Shown here: positions 47,428 to 60,784 of the stretch, piece after piece | How positions within the stretch are numbered: the stretch's first letter is position 1 | Layout: every line of letters begins with the position of its first letter | Assembly (NCBI GenBank): GCA_010909165.1 | Contig: MU008164.1 | Location: forward strand, 744,001 to 808,000 | From: Anthoceros angustus | Taxonomy: Eukaryota; Plantae; Anthocerotophyta | Length of the DNA stretch: 64,000 nt | Reading direction: 5' to 3' | Notes under the pieces: model-generated | What the model saw: the letters and a program-made list of their open reading frames with translations, nothing else | What the model was told of the DNA's origin: nothing | The model's database searches: none | Translations under genes and position numbers: made by a program

Positions 47428-49764
47428 GGTATTATTAGACAGACCACTATTCCCCATACACCCGAGCAGAATGAAGTGCTGAACGGCGACATAGGACCCA
47501 AGTCGAAATGGGTAGATCGATGTTGAAGCATGCATCTCTTCCTAACCACTTTTGGGTTGAAGCTCGTAACACAGCAAATTACCTTTTGAATCGCCTCCCT
47601 ACGAAGGCCATTGAGGAGAGGACCCCATACGAAGCTTGGTGCAACCGTAAGCCTAACCTTAGTCATCTCCGTATATTTGGATGTGCGGCATATGTCCATG
47701 TCCCCAAGGCCCTTCGTGGGAAATTGGATTCCAAGTCTCAAGAAGGCATCTTACTGGGATACGGTGAGACAGTGAAGGCATACTATATTTATTTGAAGGA
47801 CTCTAAACGTCTCGTCTTTGCTCGCGACGTTATGTTCAATGAGCAGCCCCTCCTAATATCTTTTGTAATCGTGCAAGCATCTTCCCCGGGTGATGTAGTC
47901 CATTTCTTTGAGTCCACATCTCCCCCCCCATCAATCCGCCCTTGCTTTGGTTGATAACCCAAAGTTAAGCTCAAGATCAAAGCACATGATTCGACTTGCA
48001 ATATCATTATGTCCGCGAGAAATGTGCAACTGGAGAGATCAAGCTTGAATACTGCCCGACTGAACATATGGCAGTAGATATCTTAACCAAGAGCTTGCCG
48101 AGGGATAAGCACATAGCTGTATGACTTTACTTGGGGTTTGTCTTATCCTAGACTAACATGACCCTTAGCCTAATACGTCGAGTCTGAGGGGGAGTATTGG
48201 AATTCAGACTGCTCCAGTTAGGCCATCAGTTAGTGAGCAGGACAATTAGGAGAGAATGTACCTCTTGTGAAGGGTCACGTCTCTCCATCACAGGACTGCC
48301 CACAGATTGCCCATGTATGCACACACAGAACGTACAATGACTAATTAGTTTGAAATCCTTTTCCTTGCGTGTGTGAGATCTAAGCATACACATGCCTGTC
48401 ACCATTTAATAGTAGTCACAGAGGTGATCATAGATAGTTCCAAATAGACCCCCAATAGAGAGCCGCGGGGCGGTAGTTAGAGCGCGATCAAAAACCACCT
48501 AGTCCAGACAGAAGGGCTCCTTAGCGACAAACTCCAAGATATCTGGTGGGATGGGGACATCTAGAGCCAGGTGAAGGGCCCGAAGAGCAGCAGTAGTCTC
48601 CTTGGACGCTAGAGCCACCGGCTCCGACGGGCCCGAGCAGCCCTAGCATACTCTCCTACGTGACCAAGCAAGAGGCACCTTTTGAGACGCGCCTTCACAG
48701 GGTCTTGACAAACTTGATCAAGCTTAGTCGACTCCAACCTCGATCGAGTAGCACAACTACCATCTTCCTGAAGAGCTTGCCAGTCCTTGGCCCAGAAACG
48801 GCGGAGCCGCGAGGCAACACCCCTGTGACCTAATTTCCCACCTCTGGAGTGACGGAGACACCGTCGGGGAAGAAAAAGGAACAAAGTCCAGGATGCTTCA
48901 TGTCGGGAGTTTTGTGCGAGGTGCTCCAAGGGAAGCCTGTAGGCCAAGCGGACATCGTCTTGCAGTCGATGGGGGAGACACTGCAAAAGGTAGGGTCCCG
49001 GAAACGCATGTCATAAAGAGCCAAAAGATTATCAGACTCCGCCCGCAACCACTGCAAAGACTTCGGCGAAGGTTCCAGGGGAGCAACTGGACGTGAGAAC
49101 GCGGCATGGAAGACATGATGACGAAGATGAGGCAAAATACACCATAGGAAGTAGAAAGAGCATGGCCAATTGTATCCCAAGTGTTACCAAACTTCCACTT
49201 CAATCTTTTTATGCACATGAACTCATATCCTAGGATTGATCCCTCGTATTTTGGCCCCGACAATATTATTTTCCTACTCATGCATGTGCCATTGCTCCCT
49301 CCAGCATCCTCCTACATTCTCCCGCAATCGCTCCCTCCCATGGCTCTCTCCAGCATCTTGGTAGTCCCTCCGGCACCCTAATCTCAAACATGATGATGAA
49401 GATGAGAAAAAATAAACCGTAGGAAGTAGAAAGAGCATGGCCACATTGTATCCCAAGCTTTACCAATACAACGTGTGTTTTGGGGTGTGGGTTTTTTGTT
49501 ACATTATTCTTCATTCCATAAGCATTGAAGAATCATCTCGACTTACATGCGAACGAAGGCCTATGAATAGTCGAATTGTTTTGTTTGTAAGTTTAGATGG
49601 GCATGCTCTTGACCTCCAAGCGGTAGTGATTTTTCGTGAGGATGTCCATGGCTTTGCCAGAAATCCGTGATATAGTCGCCCTACCTACCTCTTTGTCAAG
49701 CTCCTCTCCCATTGAAGATGCTCTCTCCCGTCTCACCGTGAGCATGAAGTGTCACAATGCATTG

Positions 49765-52700
49765 GAAATTTGTGGAAGGGGTATATGCATATGGTAATTT
49801 TGGGAGTGAAAACAAGGTCACTTGATTTTTCTGTATTTAGACATGCATAAATAGCTGAAATTCAGCCCAAAACCTAGAAAACAAGCTTCGTCCTGTAGGG
49901 GATAATCTTGGACCTTCACCTATGTATGGATGAAAGAGATGATCCATAGGTACATAAGAAAGATTCTTTGTTTGGGCCAACACGACCTTGAATGAGATTC
50001 ATCTGTAATAGAATTTTATTTTAAGAAATAATAAGCTCACACAAACAACTCAATGAGCAATTATGTTGAGATCGAATTCCATGGAGTAAGGAAAAAAAAA
50101 ACAAGCCAAGTTTATCCATTATCTATTGCATATCTTGTGTTCGAACTATGTTATACTTGATATAATGTACTTATATATTAAAATAAAATACAATTTTTAA
50201 TAAGTTTTCAATATATATATTTAAGTGAGTTAAATCGTACATGGATGCACCGTATGGCACCTAACTATCCTTGGCATACTTTCTTCTCGAAACATTTTAC
50301 TCTCCCAGGAAATCCCAGTTACTGTTGTTGATGTGGCAGCACAATGTTATCTGATGGGACCTCGTCCCGCAGCCTGTTCACACAGGAAGACCATGGCTAG
50401 GGCTTTCCGGCTCGCCCACTGCCCATGAGCACTCACCCTCACCGCACGACGTGGCCGTCACATCGCTATCATTTCCTTTCAAACGGATCCTATCAGCGGG
50501 GCAGATTCTCACATTCGAAAAAAATCTTGGTCACGCTGCGCTGCTGCTGCTATAGCAGCAGCTGTGCATGTAGGATGCTGTCGTGCCCTGAGGCTCTGGA
50601 TCTCTTTTGCAGCGCACATATCTCGGTGCAAAATCAGCTGACTAGTACGTGCACAAGCATTTGTGCCTCCGGCTCAATATGAAAATTTGCTTGCCTGAGT
50701 TCTTTTCAAGGTTGGATAATACACACCCTCGAGATTCGCCTCCAGAATTTGGCCCCAGTTGAGCTTGGCTTGTCGGCGGTCTTGAACCGATGTGAAGAAG
50801 GTTTTGTGTTTTGCTACGATCTGTTTGGATTCTTCTTTGGCCTGGCCAGCTCCCCGAAGGCTAGATTGCATACGTTACTTCTTCTTGGCTGTTTGCAGGA
50901 ACTTCAGCTGTGCGTAGCCAGTTGGAAAAGTTGAGACTCATGTGCCTGCAGATCAATTGGCCACCAGCGACTTTCAAACGTGATCATGTTTGAAGCGCAT
51001 CTCTGGAAGCTTAGATCCAAGTTATCTACAGTTTGTGGTGAAATCGCCGGCGTCGCGTAATCTTTTCCTTTGAAGTGCTTGCGGATTCAACCTTGTACAT
51101 GTATCTACTTAGTGATCAAGATGCAGAAGCTGTTTCTCAGAGCCTCGCAGAAGAGAATCGTCGACCAGCTTGCGGAAGACCTCTCTACTCTCGAACTTAG
51201 CAATATGCCTGACACAGTGGAGTCCGGCACCTCCAAGTGAACAAGATATGCAGCAATTTATCTGCTGAGGATTGGCAACACCTGTGTGAGAGCACATCCC
51301 GATGTTCACCAGCAATGATCAATAAGTGCACGTCCATTATGACGCCTAGTAACACTGCTAGTTGCCACAAGAACCAGGTCTCTCAAGGCGCCGCAGGCAC
51401 TGCACCTGGGACGGGCATCTTTTCAGCCATGCCTTCAGCTCAGAGTGGACGCCTGAGCTGTCCATAATGCGGCTGGCTCATCTTGCAACTGTGGCCTGTG
51501 ATCCAGAACATCTCCAGTCACCATATCCAGGGTCAAGAAGGCTGTCTACCGCACTAAAGCCCGGAAAGGTGCGGACTAAAATTAGCTTGCATCCTTGTCC
51601 AGAAAGGTTTGCAGTAGGGAAGCTTGCAAAGCGCATGCTCATCCTGCTCCATTAGTCACCCCAGCGTGTAAACCCTCCATTTCCTCTCACCATGGGGATA
51701 TGTACATAAAAGTGTTCCTGATAGTGCAATTTGATGACTGCAGGATCTCAAGAAACGCCGAACACCGAGAAAACTTCAATTCAAATCATTTGAGGCTCTG
51801 CAAATTATTCCAGACCTTGAGATGACAGGGGCAAGCTGGCCAGCTACGTTGAATCTACTCTACAGCACAACTCAATTTCAAACGAAGACCTGCAAATTCA
51901 GAATGCAGTGATCACATCTCTGCTGATAGTTCCATCTCACTAGCTCAAGGATCTGGAAAGGAGTGTGGTTCTGGAGGGCCATCAACAGGTTCATCTCTCC
52001 CGAGAAGCGCCACTGCAACGCTTGGAGAATCCGCTTCCAGATTCTCAAAGAAAGGACGAAGAAAGCCAGAGACGCGAGTGGAGCGATACGCAAAAACCAT
52101 CTTGAAATTTGTGGAAGGGGTATATGCATATGGTAATTTTGGGAGTGAAAACAAGGTCACTTGATTTTTCTGTATTTAGACATGCATAAATAGCTGAAAT
52201 TCAGCCCAAAACCTAGAAAACAAGCTTCGTCCTGTAGGGGATAATCTTGGACCTTCACCTATGTATGGATGAAAGAGATGATCCATAGGTACATAAGAAA
52301 GATTCTTTGTTTGGGCCAACACGACCTTGAATGAGATTCATCTGTAATAGAATTTTATTTTAAGAAATAATAAGCTCACACAAACAACTCAATGAGCAAT
52401 TATGTTGAGATCGAATTCCATGGAGTAAGGAAAAAAAAACAAGCCAAGTTTATCCATTATCTATTGCATATCTTGTGTTCGAACTATGTTATACTTGATA
52501 TAATGTACTTATATATTAAAATAAAATACAATTTTTAATAAGTTTTCAATATATATATTTAAGTGAGTTAAATCGTACATGGATGCACCGTATGGCACCT
52601 AACTATCCTTGGCATACTTTCTTCTCGAAACATTTTACTCTCCCAGGAAATCCCAGTTACTGTTGTTGATGTGGCAGCACAATGTTATCTGATGGGACCT

Positions 52701-55700
52701 CGTCCCGCAGCCTGTTCACACAGGAAGACCATGGCTAGGGCTTTCCGGCTCGCCCACTGCCCATGAGCACTCACCTCACCGCACGACGTGGCCGTCACAT
52801 CGCTATCATTTCCTTTCAAACGGATCCTATCAGCGGGGCAGATTCTCACATTCGAAAAATCTTGGTCACGCTGCGCTGCTGCTGCTATAGCAGCAGCTGT
52901 GCATGTAGGATGCTGTCGTGCCCTGAGGCTCTGGATCTCTTTGCAGCGCACATATCTCGGTGCAAAATCAGCTGACTAGTACGTGCACAAGCATTTGTGC
53001 CTCCGGCTCAATATGAAAATTTGCTTGCCTGAGTTCTTTTCAAGGTTGGATAATACACACCCTCGAGATTCGCCTCCAGAATTTGGCCCCAGTTGAGCTT
53101 GGCTTGTCGGCGGTCTTGAACCGATGTGAAGAAGGTTTTGTGTTTTGCTACGATCTGTTTGGATTCTTCTTTGGCCTGGCCAGCTCCCCGAAGGCTAGAT
53201 TGCATACGTTACTTCTTCTTGGCTGTTTGCAGGAACTTCAGCTGTGCGTAGCCAGTTGGAAAAGTTGAGACTCATGTGCCTGCAGATCAATTGGCCACCA
53301 GCGACTTTCAAACGTGATCATGTTTGAAGCGCATCTCTGGAAGCTTAGATCCAAGTTATCTACAGTTTGTGGTGAAATCGCCGGCGTCGCGTAATCTTTT
53401 CCTTTGAAGTGCTTGCGGATTCAACCTTGTACATGTATCTACTTAGTGATCAAGATGCAGAAGCTGTTTCTCAGAGCCTCGCAGAAGAGAATCGTCGACC
53501 AGCTTGCGGAAGACCTCTCTACTCTCGAACTTAGCAATATGCCTGACACAGTGGAGTCCGGCACCTCCAAGTGAACAAGATATGCAGCAATTTATCTGCT
53601 GAGGATTGGCAACACCTGTGTGAGAGCACATCCCGATGTTCACCAGCAATGATCAATAAGTGCACGTCCATTATGACGCCTAGTAACACTGCTAGTTGCC
53701 ACAAGAACCAGGTCTCTCAAGGCGCCGCAGGCACTGCACCTGGGACGGGCATCTTTTCAGCCATGCCTTCAGCTCAGAGTGGACGCCTGAGCTGTCCATA
53801 ATGCGGCTGGCTCATCTTGCAACTGTGGCCTGTGATCCAGAACATCTCCAGTCACCATATCCAGGGTCAAGAAGGCTGTCTACCGCACTAAAGCCCGGAA
53901 AGGTGCGGACTAAAATTAGCTTGCATCCTTGTCCAGAAAGGTTTGCAGTAGGGAAGCTTGCAAAGCGCATGCTCATCCTGCTCCATTAGTCACCCCAGCG
54001 TGTAAACCCTCCATTTCCTCTCACCATGGGGATATGTACATAAAAGTGTTCCTGATAGTGCAATTTGATGACTGCAGGATCTCAAGAAACGCCGAACACC
54101 GAGAAAACTTCAATTCAAATCATTTGAGGCTCTGCAAATTATTCCAGACCTTGAGATGACAGGGGCAAGAAGCTGGCCAGCTACGTTGAATCTACTCTAC
54201 AACTCAATTTCAAACGAAGACCTGCAAATTGAATGCAGTGATCACATCTCTGCTGATAGTTCCATCTCACTAGCTCAAGGATCTGGAAAGGAGTGTGGTT
54301 CTGGAGGGCCATCAACAGGTTCATCTCTCCCGAGAAGCGCCACTGCGCAACGCTTGGAGAATCCGCTTCCAGATTCTCAAAGAAAGGACGAAGAAAGCCA
54401 GAGACGCGAGTGGAGCGATACGCAAAAACCATCTTGAAATTTGTGGGAGAAGGGAGCGTTCTGAGAAGCTAATACGCCGCTAACTTTAGGCAACAATCCC
54501 GACCAGCAAAGCGTTGCGACTGTAAGAACTCTGCTTTTGTTGATGTGGCAGCACAATGTTATCTGATGGGACCTCGTCCCGCAGCCTGTTCACACAGGAA
54601 GACCATGGCTAGGGCTTTCCGGCTCGCCCACTGCCCATGAGCACTCACCTCACCGCACGACGTGGCCGTCACATCGCTATCATTTCCTTTCAAACGGATC
54701 CTATCAGCGGGGCAGATTCTCACATTCGAAAAATCTTGGTCACGCTGCGCTGCTGCTGCTATAGCAGCAGCTGTGCATGTAGGATGCTGTCGTGCCCTGA
54801 GGCTCTGGATCTCTTTGCAGCGCACATATCTCGGTGCAAAATCAGCTGACTAGTACGTGCACAAGCATTTGTGCCTCCGGCTCAATATGAAAATTTGCTT
54901 GCCTGAGTTCTTTTCAAGGTTGGATAATACACACCCTCGAGATTCGCCTCCAGAATTTGGCCCCAGTTGAGCTTGGCTTGTCGGCGGTCTTGAACCGATG
55001 TGAAGAAGGTTTTGTGTTTTGCTACGATCTGTTTGGATTCTTCTTTGGCCTGGCCAGCTCCCCGAAGGCTAGATTGCATACGTTACTTCTTCTTGGCTGT
55101 TTGCAGGAACTTCAGCTGTGCGTAGCCAGTTGGAAAAGTTGAGACTCATGTGCCTGCAGATCAATTGGCCACCAGCGACTTTCAAACGTGATCATGTTTG
55201 AAGCGCATCTCTGGAAGCTTAGATCCAAGTTATCTACAGTTTGTGGTGAAATCGCCGGCGTCGCGTAATCTTTTCCTTTGAAGTGCTTGCGGATTCAACC
55301 TTGTACATGTATCTACTTAGTGATCAAGATGCAGAAGCTGTTTCTCAGAGCCTCGCAGAAGAGAATCGTCGACCAGCTTGCGGAAGACCTCTCTACTCTC
55401 GAACTTAGCAATATGCCTGACACAGTGGAGTCCGGCACCCTCCAAGTGAACAAGATATGCAGCAATTTATCTGCTGAGGATTGGCAACACCTGTGTGAGA
55501 GCACATCCCGATGTTCACCAGCAATGATCAATAAGTGCACGTCCATTATGACGCCTAGTAACACTGCTAGTTGCCACAAGAACCAGGTCTCTCAAGGCGC
55601 CGCAGGCACTGCACCTGGGACGGGCATCTTTTCAGCCATGCCTTCAGCTCAGAGTGGACGCCTGAGCTGTCCATAATGCGGCTGGCTCATCTTGCAACTG

Positions 55701-58700
55701 TGGCCTGTGATCCAGAACATCTCCAGTCACCATATCCAGGGTCAAGAAGGCTGTCTACCGCACTAAAGCCCGGAAAGGTGCGGACTAAAATTAGCTTGCA
55801 TCCTTGTCCAGAAAGGTTTGCAGTAGGGAAGCTTGCAAAGCGCATGCTCATCCTGCTCCATTAGTCACCCCAGCGTGTAAACCCTCCATTTCCTCTCACC
55901 ATGGGGATATGTACATAAAAGTGTTCCTGATAGTGCAATTTGATGACTGCAGGATCTCAAGAAACGCCGAACACCGAGAAAACTTCAATTCAAATCATTT
56001 GAGGCTCTGCAAATTATTCCAGACCTTGAGATGACAGGGGCAAGAAGCTGGCCAGCTACGTTGAATCTACTCTACAGCACAACTCAATTTCAAACGAAGA
56101 CCTGCAAATTGAATGCAGTGATCACATCTCTGCTGATAGTTCCATCTCACTAGCTCAAGGATCTGGAAAGGAGTGTGGTTCTGGAGGGCCATCAACAGGT
56201 TCATCTCTCCCGAGAAGCGCCACTGCGCAACGCTTGGAGAATCCGCTTCCAGATTCTCAAAGAAAGGACGAAGAAAGCCAGAGACGCGAGTGGAGCGATA
56301 CGCAAAAACCATCTTGAAATTTGTGGGAGAAGGGAGCGTTCCTGAGAAGCTAATACGCCTAACTTTAGGCAACAATCCCGACACCAGCAAAGCGTTGCGA
56401 CTGTAAGAACTCTGCTTTTGTTCGGAGTGTGCAGTCATGTTTCCTACGAGGCTTTTCTCAGCAGGTATCTCCGACGTGCTTTCTGGTTGCAGATTGCTGG
56501 CTCATCGGAAATTGAAGCGTCTGGGTGAAGGTGGGAAAGGCAGTGCGTACGTTTATCTGGTAAACAGTCCACTCGGGTGCACCTTGCACCTGAGTAAGCA
56601 CATCTTTCCTATCAATTGAACTGTGAGGCAATTGTACATGTTTGATCTCGACAATGGCACGTCAAGAGGATTCTGACAATATGGCCGCATTGGCTGCATA
56701 CAGGCCACACCCACCGGGTTGGAAGAGATTGGGAAGATGACATCAGAGGACCAAGTGCTCTGCATGCCACCACAACCATGAAACCTTGTATACAGGAGTT
56801 GACAGACTGGCTTCCACTGCTTTGCTGCAGTGGGCACCACTTCTTTCCTGCGTATATGAAACTAAGTATGTCTTCTGTAAGCTCGAGGTGTATCTGACTG
56901 GAAAAAGGTAGCTGCTACTTTTCCCACAGGAGAGGAGGTACAAGAGTTTCAACCCTTTGCGAGTGGTTACAGGTTATCAGATTTCATACGCATAGTGGTG
57001 ATTGAGGCAATAATCGCCGCTCATCACCGGCCCAGAAAAGGTTATCTGTACCGCTCGCTTTAGCAGCCAGCGATTCGCTACCTCGTGACATTCACCAATA
57101 GAATGACAAGACTGACGCTACCGGTAGTTCAAAGTGTATAAAAAGACTCCTCATATTACAGTAGTTAGGCTGTAAACAGTGTGTTTTCAAGAGTACCTTG
57201 GAAATGAAAGCATGTGCAATGAAATATTGCGGTTGGCTGGTCCTCTATCTATTGGACCTCCACTTGACTGCTACAATTGTTCTGAAAGGTGTCCATGTCA
57301 CGGCTGCTGAGAGCCTTATTTTCGAGCTTAGCAATATGCCTGACACAGTGGAGTCCGGCACCCTCCAAGTGAACAAGATATGCAGCAATTTATCTGCTGA
57401 GGATTGGCAACACCTGTGTGAGAGCACATCCCGATGTTCACCAGCAATGATCAATAAGTGCACGTCCATTATGACGCCTAGTAACACTGCTAGTTGCCAC
57501 AAGAACCAGGTCTCTCAAGGCGCCGCAGGCACTGCACCTGGGACGGGCATCTTTTCAGCCATGCCTTCAGCTCAGAGTGGACGCCTGAGCTGTCCATAAT
57601 GCGGCTGGCTCATCTTGCAACTGTGGCCTGTGATCCAGAACATCTCCAGTCACCATATCCAGGGTCAAGAAGGCTGTCTACCGCACTAAAGCCCGGAAAG
57701 GTGCGGACTAAAATTAGCTTGCATCCTTGTCCAGAAAAGGTTTGCAGTAGGGAAGCTTGCAAAGCGCATGCTCATCCTGCTCCATTAGTCACCCCAGCGT
57801 GTAAACCCTCCATTTCCTCTCACCATGGGGATATGTACATAAAAGTGTTCCTGATAGTGCAATTTGATGACTGCAGGATCTCAAGAAACGCCGAACACCG
57901 AGAAAACTTCAATTCAAATCATTTGAGGCTCTGCAAATTATTCCAGACCTTGAGATGACAGGGGCAAGAAGCTGGCCAGCTACGTTGAATCTACTCTACA
58001 GCACAACTCAATTTCAAACGAAGACCTGCAAATTCGAATGCAGTGATCACATCTCTGCTGATAGTTCCATCTCACTAGCTCAAGGATCTGGAAAGGAGTG
58101 TGGTTCTGGAGGGCCATCAACAGGTTCATCTCTCCCCGAGAAGCGCCACTGCGCAACGCTTGGAGAATCCGCTTCCAGATTCTCAAAGAAAGGACGAAGA
58201 AAGCCAGAGACGCGAGTGGAGCGATACGCAAAAACCATCTTGAAATTTGTGGGAGAAGGGAGCGTTCCTGAGAAGCTAATACGCCTAACTTTAGGCAACA
58301 ATCCCGACACCAGCAAAGCGTTGCGACTGTAAGAACTCTGCTTTTGTTCGGAGTGTGCAGTCATGTTTCCTGATGAGGCTTTTCTCAGCAGGTATCTCCG
58401 ACGTGCTTTCTGGTTGCAGATTGCTGGCTCATCGGAAATTGAAGCGTCTGGGTGAAGGTGGGAAAGGCAGTGCGTACGTTTATCTGGTAAACAGTCCACT
58501 GGGTGCACCTTGCACCTGAGTAAGCACATCTTTCCTATCAATTGAACTGTGAGGCAATTGTACATGTTTGATCTCGACAATGGCACGTCAAGAGGATTCT
58601 GACAATATGGCCGCATTGGCTGCATACAGGCCACACCCACCGGGTTGGAAGAGATTGGGAAGATGACATCAGAGGACCAAGTGCTCTGCATGCCACCACA

Positions 58701-59260
58701 ACCATGAAACCTTGTATACAGGGAGTTGACAGACTGGCTTCCACTGCTTTGCTGCAGTGGGCACCACTTCTTTCCCTGCGTATATGAAACTAAGTATGTC
58801 TTCTGTAAGCTCGAGGTGTATCTGACTGGAAAAAAGGTAGCTGCTACTTTTCCCACAGGAGAGGAGGTACAAGAGTTTCAACCCTTTGCGAGTGGTTACA
58901 GGTTATCAGATTTCATACGCATAGTGGTGATTGGAGGCAATAATCGCCGCTCATCACCGGCCCAGAAAAGGTTATCTGTACCGCTCGCTTTTAGCAGCCA
59001 GCGATTCGCTACCTCGTGACATTCACCAATAGAATGACAAGACTGACGCTACCGGTAGTTCAAAGTGTATAAAAAGACTCCTCATATTACAGTAGTTAGG
59101 CTGTAAACAGTGTGTTTTCAAGAGTACCTTGGAAATGAAAGCATGTGCAATGAAATATTGCGGTTGGCTGGTCCTCTATCTATTGGACCTCCACTTGACT
59201 GCTACAATTGTTCTGAAAGGTGTCCATGTCACGGCTGCTGAGAGCCTTATTTTCGAGCTT
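49765..59260 (+). repeat. Four staggered near-identical direct duplications (units start at 49765, 52104, ~54537, ~57322)
   Basis: Identical ORFs recur in the track (e.g. 50674, 53008, 54882). Junctions lie at microhomologies GAAATTTGTGG, TTGTT and TCGA(G/A)CTT. Confidence 0.95.
55329..56781 (+). CDS. Multi-exon gene for an uncharacterised plant protein with a basic NLS-like stretch and C-terminal helix-turn-helix/winged-helix-like motif (most complete copy; 5' structure uncertain; partial copies in other units, last ending at 58707)
   Basis: GT-AG splicing gives PGK|DLKKRRTPRK...ERYAKTILKFVGEGSVPEKLIRLTLGNNPDTSKALRL|LLAHRKLKRLGEGGKGSAYVYL|ATPTG...PQP*. This resembles a plant IR..LG..PDTSKALR.LL...R.G.GG...Y.Y motif recalled from memory. 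Confidence 0.6.
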
Positions 59261-59450
59261 CACATCTTGAGCAAAATGGAGCTCAATGCGTCTAACAATA
59301 AATCAAACTCCTGAGGGAAAACTGCCAAGCAGTCCTTTGGAAATACTGTCTCCTTTCATGCAAGGACATACCACGAATGGCACCGGTCCAACCCAGTACA
59401 AAAATAATCCCAGCCATTGGTGGGACAGTTGCGCTGTCACCTTTAGGAGG

Positions 59451-60784
59451 TTACAGGAGTTTAAGATTCCCTGTCACGTCGTCCACAACATCTCGAGGGC
59501 CTAGTGCAACTCACAACAAACAATTCAGGACGCAAAGGTCAAGGAACGAGAATGTCCAAATGATTCGTAACAATGAGCTCCGAGGGGAGATATGCTCACC
59601 AATGACGGCCATTACTGTTCGTGAATCTGAAAGAAAAACACTCAAACAGGATTCAGCGTGCTTGGATTGCGTCATTGTACATATAACAAGACGATGCATT
59701 TCCAAGACATACTTACTGGGGGCTATCTGAGTTCTGCCAGCATCCACCGTTATGTGTGTTGGCAACTTCATGATTTTTGCATCCTTCTGCATTCAGATTA
59801 GCAATTTGTATTGCGTCAACACGGAACCAGTATGTGGCATGAAAAGCCAAAAGCAAGATTAGGAGAGGTAACAAAATGTCAGCGGCTGACGAGTGACTTT
59901 ACAACTGACCTGCAACTGAAGCATCTCCTCCTCGCTTTCAACCTTGCAGACCACCTTCACCTGGGAGCTGGCTTCCCATCTGGCAGAAACCAGTTTCAAA
60001 ATGTCGCTTACAAATTCAAAGCATGCAACTTTAGAGGCGTAGGAAAACGGGGGGAACAAATACCTCTGCAGAGCTTTGGGTGCCCTGTTAAAAATCTTCT
60101 TGTACAATCCTAGAGTTGCATGACTGAGACGAAACGTGATCAGAGGAACATCCTACATGCTTTCACCGAAAAAAAAATGTGTAGACCGTACAGCTTTTAG
60201 ATCGACGTGTTCAGCAAAAAACAGGAGGCCCACCTGCATTGCGCTGCAATCTTGCCCTTCCCCATTTTCAAGTCATTTCTGACCACCAAGACCTGCAGCG
60301 CAAACCACAAGTCCGGTCTGTCACTTCCAAGAAAACAAATCCATCCAGACAGGCCGAAACTGCTGGGCTGTCCGCAATCTGCCAACCTTCTACACGAGCA
60401 GCTTCGCAACCCCTTTGACATTCAATTTCAGTTAAGCCCTCAGCTCACAGTCGCCTCAGATTGCAACACAACAGCAAGGGTGCACCAAGTGTATCTGCGT
60501 GACCGAATGCATGATGTGATCAAGAGGACCAACGCAGAGAACGAACAGCACTGTGTCTGCTCACAAACACCGAAACGGCAGCTCACCATTTTGAACTCCT
60601 CAAATTGGTCAGCAAGATCTTCCACTTCATGAGGCTCATCCTTCCCATGGTAAGGATTAAACTCCAACGGCGACAACTTGGACAGCTTTCCAGAAGAGGG
60701 ACGACGACGCACTCCCACGAAGTACCCGGCTGCCAGACAACCTGCTCCCACCACCAACAGCTCCCAAACAGTGGACTCCACCAT
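59451..60784 (-). CDS. PTH2: Peptidyl-tRNA hydrolase 2 (archaeal/mitochondrial type) with N-terminal membrane anchor, 7 exons
   Basis: Spliced exons read MVESTVWELLVVGAGCLAAGYFVG...EEFKM|VLVVRNDLKMGKGKIAAQC|SHATLGLYK...|WEASSQVKVVCKV|...ITVDAGRTQIAP|.SRTVMAVIG|PRDVVDDVTGNLKLL*. Confidence 0.93.

Larger units (their letters stand above)
41340..48411 (+). mobile_element. Ty1/copia element C, TA..TA LTRs of 217 bp, 5' LTR inverted and pol domains permuted
   Basis: LTRs at 41593-41809 (minus strand, followed by PBS TGGTATCGGAG) and 48195-48411 (plus strand, preceded by PPT GAGGGGGAG). TSD GTAGT beside both. Motifs CFYCKLPDHHQRDC, VESGATQHMT, RSDGGGEF, IYGLKQS and YVDD. Confidence 0.9.
39092..49471 (-). 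mobile_element. Degenerate CRE-like non-LTR retrotransposon (RT plus C-terminal zinc knuckle and restriction-like endonuclease), interrupted by copia C
   Basis: RT motifs RLLAMEKP, HQFGIA..GCE, LQVDVENAFNTVSR, G..GDSLG..LF, ADNTH and LGVPVG. C-terminal HLARC..HIATNDAVRD, RADL..VADVVVTDP, KKIYKY and QRVSIALQRA. N-terminal part lies at 48420-49100. Candidate TSD CGTGTGTTTT at 39082 and 49472. Confidence 0.8.

Noticed and set aside
55400-55520. F-box-like reading of MPDTVE..KICSNLSAEDWQHLCESTSR
   Set aside because: Only loose resemblance; spacing and the conserved terminal W are missing.
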